32,000 nucleotides of DNA from Sinorhizobium meliloti. Lineage in GTDB: Bacteria > Pseudomonadota > Alphaproteobacteria > Rhizobiales > Rhizobiaceae. Numbering within the stretch: the stretch's first letter is position 1; the number at the start of each line of letters is the position of its first letter. Location: positions 180,001-212,000 of the forward strand of contig NZ_JAGIOS010000004.1 in the NCBI RefSeq assembly GCF_017876815.1, written 5' to 3'. A program made the position numbers and the translations under genes. Positions 30,801 through 32,000 of the stretch are shown one piece after another. Below the pieces are notes generated by a model. The model had not been told where the DNA came from and ran no database searches. It saw only the letters and a program-made list of their open reading frames with translations.

Positions 30801-32000
30801 TTGATCAGCCGTGGGGCATGCTCACAATGCCGTTCGAACCACGGCTTAAGAGAGGAAGGCTCCAGGGCCTCGCCTCCAAAAATCAAATAGCGAAGCTGGT
30901 TGCGAACTCCACTCTCACGCTCGGCTTCGATCAGAGCTTTAAACGCCGAGGGCGTCTGGTTGAGCACCGTGGCGCTTGACTTGCAAACCAGCGTATAAAA
31001 GTCGGGAGCAGAGCGAGCTATATGCTCCGGTACGAGAACCAGACGGCCACCACAGTGGAGCGCTCCCCACAACTCCCAAACCGAGAAGTCGAATGAGAAA
31101 GAATGAAACAGGCACCAGACATCGCGCTCGTTGAAATCGTACCAGCTCCGCGTCGCCTCAAACAAACGGACAATTTGCGCATGCTCGACCATGACGCCCT
31201 TAGGCGTGCCGGTGGATCCCGATGTGTAGATGACATAGGCGAGATTGCGGGCTGTCAGGCCGAGGGCATGCGGGTCGGGATCGTCAGCGGACTGGTCGGC
31301 CCAGGCGGGCGTGGCCGCATCGAGATCGACCGCGCTCAGATCGTCGATTGCCTCGGCGCCCAACGCCGCGCGGCCGGCGGCGTCGCAAAGCAGCAGCCGC
31401 GGGCCGGCATCGTCGAGCAACTGCCGCAGCCGTTCGCCGGGATAGGCCGGGTCGAGCGGCACATAGGCGCCGCCGGCCTTGAGGATCGCCAGCAGTCCCA
31501 CCACCATCGCCGGGCTGCGCTCGACGCAGATCGCCACTGGCTGGTCCGGCCTCACCCCGAGCCCGATCAGATGATGGGCCAGCCGGTTGGCATCGGCATT
31601 GAGCGCGCCATAGGAGATCGACTGCTCTTCGAAGACCAGTGCGACCGCGTCGGGCACCCGGCGCACCTGCGCCTCGAACAGCGCATGCACGCAAAGATCC
31701 GACGGATAGTCCGCTTCCGTCCGGTTCAACTCCTCCAGCAGGTAGCTGCGCTCGTCGGGAGGCAGGATGTCCAGCTCGGACACCGGCTGCTCGGCATCGG
31801 CAAGCATCGCCCGCAGCAGCGCCAGCAGATAACCACATTGCCGCTCGATCGTCGCCCGGTCGAACAACGCCGTCGCATAACCGAGAGTCCCGGCGATGGC
31901 CTCGCCCTGCTCTCCCAGGTTCAGTTCCAGATCGAACTTGACCTGATCGAGCCCCTCGCCCGCAGCCTCCACCTGCAGCCCCGGCAGGTCCAATGACCCG
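12869..32000 (-). CDS. non-ribosomal peptide synthetase, 3' portion (>=6374 codons): ...C-A-T-C-A-T-C-A-T-C-A-T-C'-A-T-C'-A-T-TE; 5' end outside the window
   Basis: A single uninterrupted reading frame runs to the right window edge. The track 'M' at 31993 is an internal TTG Leu of the repeated ...[10 protein letters not shown]... motif, and the frame stays open through 32000. It contains six copies of the A-domain cores ([21 protein letters not shown], Nx[67 protein letters not shown]) and six [12 protein letters not shown] carrier motifs. It also has three complete [11 protein letters not shown] domains plus one partial, two HHLIGDH C domains, and a terminal GYSSG thioesterase. Confidence 0.97.
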   Translation of the reverse strand, partial: GSLDLPGLQVEAAGEGLDQVKFDLELNLGEQGEAIAGTLGYATALFDRATIERQCGYLLALLRAMLADAEQPVSELDILPPDERSYLLEELNRTEADYPSDLCVHALFEAQVRRVPDAVALVFEEQSISYGALNADANRLAHHLIGLGVRPDQPVAICVERSPAMVVGLLAILKAGGAYVPLDPAYPGERLRQLLDDAGPRLLLCDAAGRAALGAEAIDDLSAVDLDAATPAWADQSADDPDPHALGLTARNLAYVIYTSGSTGTPKGVMVEHAQIVRLFEATRSWYDFNERDVWCLFHSFSFDFSVWELWGALHCGGRLVLVPEHIARSAPDFYTLVCKSSATVLNQTPSAFKALIEAERESGVRNQLRYLIFGGEALEPSSLKPWFERHCEHAPRLINMYGITETTVHVTYRLLNKSDTSSSCGPIGERIPDLRIYLLDGHGQPVPFGAVGELYIGGAGVARGYLNRPDLTAERFLADPFSGKAGARMYRSGDLARYLPDGNLEFLGRNDDQVKIRGFRIEPGEIAARLLEHELVGDAAVVAHADAAGDKRLVAYVVAKTTDGSAEADGAGLAASLRAHLGGLLPDYMVPSAFVRLDALPLTVNGKLDRKALPVPDDDAYARRAYEAPQGEIETLLAGIWAELLGVEQVGRHDNFFELGGHSLLAVRVLVRLTEALAVELPLAILFAKPTLADLALSVGEVLNGSGAQTAPVIMPVGRDGALPLSYSQQRLWFLAQLDEDSTNYNIPLGWRLQGRLDRVAWRRSLDRLFARHEALRCTFVAGEDDPQVQILSGDRGLPVVEHDLRDRPDAQAALLDLCQEEARTPFDLAREPLIRGRLIRLADEEHVFLLTQHHIVSDGWSMGVLVRELSSLYRAFEAGEDDPLPPLAIQYPDYAAWQRQWLSGERLQRQAQYWRDTLSGAPARLALPTDRPRPAQQSFAGASVPVIIDEALTRGLKRLSRQHGTTLFMTVLAAWAAVLSRLSGQDDIVIGVPTANRRRREIEDLIGFFVNTLAVRIDLSGEPSVSDLLERARRAALTAQDHQDLPFEQVVEIVQPPRALGHTPLFQVGLAWQNNTGGSLDLPGLQVEAAGEGLDQVKFDLELNLGEQGEAIAGTLGYATALFDRATIERQCGYLLALLRAMLADAEQPVSELDILPPDERSYLLEELNRTEADYPSDLCVHALFEAQVRRVPDAVALVFEEQSISYGALNADANRLAHHLIGLGVRPDQPVAICVERSPAMVVGLLAILKAGGAYVPLDPAYPGERLRQLLDDAGPRLLLCDAAGRAALGAEAIADLSAVDLDTAMPAWADQSADDPDPHALGLTARNLAYVIYTSGSTGTPKGVMVEHRNTVNLLHWSGGVFAESEIRRTLFSTSVCFDLSVYECFLPLSQGSKLYLVEDALKLARTPVDASLINTVPSAITALVNQKAVPASASVINLAGERVKADLIERIFESTRVQKICNLYAPSETTTYSTWICMPRGQAVVETIGRPISNTRIYLLDGHGQPVPFGAVGELYIGGAGVARGYLNRPDLTAERFLADPFSGKAGARMYRSGDLARYLPDGNLEFLGRNDDQVKIRGFRIEPGEIAARLLEHELVGDAAVVAHADAAGDKRLVAYVVAKTTDGSAEADGAGLAASLRAHLGGLLPDYMVPSAFVRLDALPLTVNGKLDRKALPVPDDDAYARRAYEAPQGEIETLLAGIWAELLGVEQVGRHDNFFELGGHSLLAVRVLVRLTEALAVELPLAILFAKPTLADLALSVGEVLNGSGAQTAPVIMPVGRDGALPLSYSQQRLWFLAQLDEDSTNYNIPLGWRLQGRLDRVAWRRSLDRLFARHEALRCTFVAGEDDPQVQILSGDRGLPVVEHDLRDRPDAQAALLDLCQEEARTPFDLAREPLIRGRLIRLADEEHVFLLTQHHIVSDGWSMGVLVRELSSLYRAFEAGEDDPLPPLAIQYPDYAAWQRQWLSGERLQRQAQYWRDTLSGAPARLALPTDRPRPAQQSFAGASVPVIIDEALTRGLKRLSRQHGTTLFMTVLAAWAAVLSRLSGQDDIVIGVPTANRRRREIEDLIGFFVNTLAVRIDLSGEPSVSDLLERARRAALTAQDHQDLPFEQVVEIVQPPRALGHTPLFQVGLAWQNNTGGSLDLPGLQVEAAGEGLDQVKFDLELNLGEQGEAIAGTLGYATALFDRATIERQCGYLLALLRAMLADAEQPVSELDILPPDERSYLLEELNRTEADYPSDLCVHALFEAQVRRVPDAVALVFEEQSISYGALNADANRLAHHLIGLGVRPDQPVAICVERSPAMVVGLLAILKAGGAYVPLDPAYPGERLRQLLDDAGPRLLLCDAAGRAALGAEAIDDLSAVDLDAAMPAWADQSADDPDPHALGLTARNLAYVIYTSGSTGTPKGVMVEHRGMTNYLSWARESYAPISSSVVSSSLAFDATITSLFAPLICGAQEHLISNRNETENLKVELGLGRSLVKITPSHLDVLGQQLQSAGDASQVEVLVIGGEALSSSTVELWRQIQPAARMVNEYGPTEAVVGCAFHDIPADLSASTNVPIGRPIANTRLYVLDGHGQPVPFGAVGELYIGGAGVARGYLNRPDLTAERFLADPFSGKAGARMYRSGDLARYLPDGNLEFLGRNDDQVKIRGFRIEPGEIAARLLEHELVGDAAVVAHADAAGDKRLVAYVVAKTTDGSAEADGAGLAASLRAHLGGLLPDYMVPSAFVRLDALPLTVNGKLDRKALPVPDDDAYARRAYEAPQGEIETLLAGIWAELLGVEQVGRHDNFFELGGHSLLAVRVLVRLTEALAVELPLAILFAKPTLADLALSVGEVLNGSGAQTAPVIMPVGRDGALPLSYSQQRLWFLAQLDEDSTNYNIPLGWRLQGRLDRVAWRRSLDRLFARHEALRCTFVAGEDDPQVQILSGDRGLPVVEHDLRDRPDAQAALLDLCQEEARTPFDLAREPLIRGRLIRLADEEHVFLLTQHHIVSDGWSMGVLVRELSSLYRAFEAGEDDPLPPLAIQYPDYAAWQRQWLSGERLQRQAQYWRDTLSGAPARLALPTDRPRPAQQSFAGASVPVIIDEALTRGLKRLSRQHGTTLFMTVLAAWAAVLSRLSGQDDIVIGVPTANRRRREIEDLIGFFVNTLAVRIDLSGEPSVSDLLERARRAALTAQDHQDLPFEQVVEIVQPPRALGHTPLFQVGLAWQNNTGGSLDLPGLQVEAAGEGLDQVKFDLELNLGEQGEAIAGTLGYATALFDRATIERQCGYLLALLRAMLADAEQPVSELDILPPDERSYLLEELNRTEADYPSDLCVHALFEAQVRRVPDAVALVFEEQSISYGALNADANRLAHHLIGLGVRPDQPVAICVERSPAMVVGLLAILKAGGAYVPLDPAYPGERLRQLLDDAGPRLLLCDAAGRAALGAEAIADLSAVDLDTAMPAWADQSADDPDPHALGLTARNLAYVIYTSGSTGTPKGVMVEHRGMTNYLSWARESYAPISSSVVSSSLAFDATVNSLFAPLVSGGHALLTKEGDEVEGIRSRVGTPCGLVNVTPSHLDVLGQQLQSAGDASQVEVLVIGGEALSSSTVELWRQIQPAARMVNEYGPTEAVVGCAFHDIPADLSASTNVPIGRPIANTRLYVLDGHGQPVPFGAVGELYIGGAGVARGYLNRPDLTAERFLADRFSGKAGARMYRSGDLARYLPDGNLEFLGRNDDQVKIRGFRIEPGEIAARLLEHELVGDAAVVAHADAAGDKRLVAYVVAKTTDGSAEADGAGLAASLRAHLGGLLPDYMVPSAFVRLDALPLTVNGKLDRKALPVPDDDAYARRAYEAPQGEIETLLAGIWAELLGVEQVGRHDNFFELGGHSLLAVQMMERLRRLSLGVEVRTVFAKPMLADLAASLGSHREVAVPANPITEQSTAITPQMLPLIDLTQPEIDRIVSTVPGGVGNIQDIYGLSPLQDGILFHHLLATQGDPYLLMSQMAFAERGVLDRYLAAVQQVVDRHDILRTAFVWEGLSSPAQVVWRKAALDVLEVELEGCDGSGADELRRRFDPRQYRLDLGRAPLMRFVIAREPGSGRWLLLVLQHHLIGDHTTAEVMHAEVRAVLQGRAHELAAPQPFRNLVAQARLGMDAKAHEAFFREMLADIDEPTLPFALSEVYGDGRGSREARRMLPQALNDRLRHQARRLGVSLASLCHLAWAQVVALSSGREQVVFGTVLFGRMHAGAGADRAMGLFMNTLPLRLDLDETGVEESVRIAHARLAELLSHEHASLALAQRCSDIAAPAPLFSALLNYRHNTPAMAGEGTSDVLSGMEWLGGEERTNYPLTLSVDDFGQELGLTADAVEPISADRICGYMQRALEQLVDALERAPDRPVRELDILPAEERSYLLEELNRTEADYPSDLCVHALFEAQVRRVPDAVALVFEEQSISYGALNADANRLAHHLIGLGVRPDQPVAICVERSPAMVVGLLAILKAGGAYVPLDPAYPGERLRQLLDDAGPRLLLCDAAGRAALGAEAIADLSAVDLDTAMPAWADQSADDPDPHALGLTARNLAYVIYTSGSTGTPKGVMVEHQSLVNLTAWHVQTFCPQPETCCTLTAGVAFDASAWELWSALYNRSTLLLPPRPAAGDPLLLLQWWRDQPLDAAFLVTPLAATALEGELVTPLLEYLLIGGDRLQRVPSRLPSPLKLINNYGPTEVTVVATSGQLFSDAVPHIGRPIANTRLYVLDGHGQPVPFGAVGELYIGGAGVARGYLNRPDLTAERFLADPFSGKAGARMYRSGDLARYLPDGNLEFLGRNDDQVKIRGFRIEPGEIAARLLEHELVGDAAVVAHADAAGDKRLVAYVVAKTTDGSAEADGAGLAASLRAHLGGLLPDYMVPSAFVRLDALPLTVNGKLDRKALPVPDDDAYARRAYEAPQGEIETLLAGIWAELLGVEQVGRHDNFFELGGHSLLAVQMMERLRRLSLGVEVRTVFAKPMLADLAASLGSHREVAVPANPITEQSTAITPQMLPLIDLTQPEIDRIVSTVPGGVGNIQDIYGLSPLQDGILFHHLLATQGDPYLLMSQMAFAERGVLDRYLAAVQQVVDRHDILRTAFVWEGLSSPAQVVWRKAALDVLEVELEGCDGSGADELRRRFDPRQYRLDLGRAPLMRFVIAREPGSGRWLLLVLQHHLIGDHTTAEVMHAEVRAVLQGRAHELAAPQPFRNLVAQARLGMDAKAHEAFFREMLADIDEPTLPFALSEVYGDGRGSREARRMLPQALNDRLRHQARRLGVSLASLCHLAWAQVVALSSGREQVVFGTVLFGRMHAGAGADRAMGLFMNTLPLRLDLDETGVEESVRIAHARLAELLSHEHASLALAQRCSDIAAPAPLFSALLNYRHNTPAMAGEGTSDVLSGMEWLGDEERTNYPLTLSVDDFGQELGLTADAVEPISADRICGYMQRALEQLVDALEQAPDRPVRELDILPAEERSYLLEELNRTEADYPSDLCVHALFEAQVRRVPDAVALVFEEQSISYGALNADANRLAHHLIGLGVRPDQPVAICVERSPAMVVGLLAILKAGGAYVPLDPAYPGERLRQLLDDAGPRLLLCDAAGRAALGAEAIADLSAVDLDAAMPAWADQSADDPDPHALGLTARNLAYVIYTSGSTGTPKGVMVEHASVLNVLRALLDVSGLTERDSLLAITTISFDIAGLELYLPLAVGANVVVAHGTSVIGLQRYLSHQKITVMQATPAAWRMLFDAGWEGAPDLSALCGGEALPSELASNLGRRVKSLRNLYGPTETTIWATTFLTDTRIEAPHRYVPIGRPIANTRLYVLDGHGAPVPFGAVGELYIGGAGVARGYLNRPDLTAERFLADRFSGKAGARMYRSGDLARYLPDGNLEFLGRNDDQVKIRGFRIEPGEIAARLLEHELVGDAAVVAHADAAGDKRLVAYVVAKTTDGSAEADGAGLAASLRAHLGGLLPDYMVPSAFVRLDALPLTVNGKLDRKALPVPDDDAYARRAYEAPQGEIETLLAGIWAELLGVEQVGRHDNFFELGGHSLLAVRVLAQALALGMKVSASSIFDAPILKDLAPKIELDSSHYTPGVLPVRTIGSQAPVFFVPTGYGDCSYVFRLVREMDIDCHVYALPWPPFEEARRASLEEIATKVAHAVRKVQPRGPYRFAGYSSGAVLAYALAERLLNLEETVSFMAFIDVPIPAMSPAMTDTEIALQMIFEPLESLGDEGFEVLRQSAGQSSVEQLFEKARQIGAVVGRPDLYYDAIRYAQFHQAVHSYEMPSLPVSVHQFYALEHSFSRGARLPAGPDASSPMRGWDRILGAEFIQAVPVPGDHVTMMAVPENRRVLARQLSAALNNSPTTHPNRNLDVK
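12872..13700 (-). other. NRPS thioesterase (TE) domain (approximate bounds)
   Basis: [17 protein letters not shown]; the GxSxG nucleophile elbow [10 protein letters not shown] is encoded at ~13451-13479; a C-terminal [10 protein letters not shown] supplies the His. My hand count for 13141-13240 gives 51% GC, unlike the ~70% GC scaffold. Confidence 0.85.
13995..15564 (-). other. A domain 6 (last module), predicted Gly (approximate bounds)
   Basis: Code extracted by alignment to GrsA positions: [11 protein letters not shown] / MQATPAA / ALCGGEA / [13 protein letters not shown] / NGKLDRK gives DILQLGLIWK, identical to the classical Gly code. The unique cassette is ~14568-14992. Confidence 0.75.
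15574..16874 (-). other. C' domain (non-canonical His motif HHLIGDH; candidate dual epimerisation/condensation), copy 2
   Basis: N-terminal [26 protein letters not shown], with HHLLATQGD encoded at 16797-16823. The active-site [14 protein letters not shown] has HHLIGDH at 16442-16462. It is preceded by the variant carrier [23 protein letters not shown] and the linker [26 protein letters not shown]. Confidence 0.6.
17268..18825 (-). other. A domain 5, predicted Leu-like hydrophobic residue (approximate bounds)
   Basis: [11 protein letters not shown] / FLVTPLA / LLIGGDR / [13 protein letters not shown] gives DAWLLGNVVK, one position from the classical Leu code DAWFLGNVVK. The unique cassette is ~17831-18253. 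Confidence 0.6.
18835..20135 (-). other. C' domain (HHLIGDH type; candidate dual E/C), copy 1
   Basis: Same sequence as 15574-16874 shifted by 3261 bp, with HHLLATQGD at 20058-20084 and HHLIGDH at 19703-19723. Only two amino-acid differences are visible (WLGDEE vs WLGGEE, ALEQAP vs ALERAP). Confidence 0.6.
20529..22104 (-). other. A domain 4, unassigned specificity code DANNVGEVGK (approximate bounds)
   Basis: [11 protein letters not shown] / VNVTPSH / LVIGGEA / [13 protein letters not shown] gives DANNVGEVGK. It is identical to A domain 3 except for the 39-codon patch at 21325-21440, which changes code positions 239 and 278. Confidence 0.6.
22125..23420 (-). other. canonical C domain ([10 protein letters not shown]), copy 3 of 3 complete copies
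   Basis: [17 protein letters not shown] is encoded at ~23388-23420 and [14 protein letters not shown] at ~22995-23035. Copies at +3216 and +6411 bp give identical translations. Confidence 0.85.
23745..25320 (-). other. A domain 3, predicted Asn (approximate bounds)
   Basis: [11 protein letters not shown] / VKITPSH / LVIGGEA / [13 protein letters not shown] gives DATKVGEVGK, identical to the classical Asn code. Confidence 0.75.
25341..26636 (-). other. canonical C domain ([10 protein letters not shown]), copy 2
   Basis: Same translation as 22125-23420, shifted by 3216 bp. Confidence 0.85.
26961..28515 (-). other. A domain 2, predicted small residue (Ala-like), tentative
   Basis: VCFDLSVYE / INTVPSA / INLAGER / [13 protein letters not shown] gives DLYNNALTYK. 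The closest code I remember is DLFNNALTYK (Ala). The unique cassette is ~27485-27943. Confidence 0.45.
28536..29831 (-). other. canonical C domain ([10 protein letters not shown]), copy 1
   Basis: Same translation as 22125-23420, shifted by 6411 bp. Confidence 0.85.
30156..31752 (-). other. A domain 1 (first in window), predicted Thr
   Basis: FSFDFSVWE / LNQTPSAF / LIFGGEA / [13 protein letters not shown] gives DFWNIGMVHK, identical to the classical Thr code. The unique cassette is ~30672-31180. Confidence 0.75.
31773..32000 (-). other. C-terminal tail of a fourth canonical C domain (truncated by window edge)
   Basis: ...[60 protein letters not shown] matches the tails of the three complete canonical C domains. 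Confidence 0.8.

Larger units (their letters stand above)
13838..32000 (-). repeat. array of six near-identical ~3.2-kb NRPS module repeats
   Basis: The A3-core anchor atgctcgaccatgacgcccttaggcgtgccggtggatcc recurs at 14993, 18254, 21533, 24749, 27944 and 31181, with spacings 3261, 3279, 3216, 3195 and 3237. The carrier anchor (atgagtggccgccgag) recurs at 13846, 17119, 20380, 23596, 26812 and 30007. Confidence 0.95.

Noticed and set aside
13846-31996. Dozens of plus-strand ORFs across the NRPS, e.g. 15944..17122 and 19205..20383 (392 aa), 22694..23497, 25910..26713 and 29105..29908 (267 aa), and 14993..15922.
   Set aside because: All are antisense to one continuous 6374-codon frame with clear NRPS motifs. 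Their translations are Arg/Ala/Pro/Gly-rich low-complexity text typical of the opposite strand of high-GC genes. They repeat only because the underlying NRPS modules repeat.
13838-32000. Regularly spaced repeats that could superficially suggest a CRISPR-like or satellite array.
   Set aside because: The period is ~3.2 kb and the repeat units are kilobase-sized, in-frame coding modules. There are no short 25-40-bp direct repeats with unique spacers anywhere in the window.
12869-32000. Searched the NRPS for heterocyclisation (Cy, DxxxxD), stand-alone epimerisation, N-methyltransferase and reductase domains.
   Set aside because: None were found. Every inter-A segment is accounted for by T plus one of the two C types, and the terminus is a GxSxG thioesterase.

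Overview
All supportable features in this 32-kb window lie on the minus strand. The DNA is GC-rich and looks like a proteobacterial accessory region, though no taxon can be assigned from sequence alone. Positions 12869-32000 are the 3' 19.1 kb of one giant NRPS gene whose 5' end lies beyond the right edge. It contains six complete A domains with their T and C partners and a terminal thioesterase. Hand-extracted specificity codes predict a peptide tail of Thr, a small residue (Ala-like), Asn, an unknown residue (unassigned code DANNVGEVGK), a Leu-like residue and Gly. The modules are nearly identical at the nucleotide level. One ~70% GC scaffold recurs every ~3.2 kb, and short ~50-58% GC cassettes carry the specificity residues. 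Two adjacent modules form an exact-period 3216-bp tandem duplication that differs essentially by one 116-bp patch. Downstream of the NRPS lie a translationally coupled class-V-like PLP enzyme, a small ParB/Srx-fold protein and a GNAT-like protein, all in a ~45-51% GC block that also includes the TE domain. A SagB-type nitroreductase-fold protein coupled to an Sfp-type PPTase follows. Next come an intact IS701-family element (18-bp perfect inverted repeats, no visible target duplication), a ~31% GC intergenic island and a 3'-truncated cytochrome P450 remnant. The left end holds a tightly coupled operon: fused 2-oxoacid:ferredoxin oxidoreductase, acyl-CoA carboxyltransferase, and the start of an HMG-CoA reductase family gene. 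I found no rRNA, tRNA or CRISPR array. The most interesting signals are the NRPS mosaic architecture with its specificity patch, and the unusual low-GC tailoring cassette.
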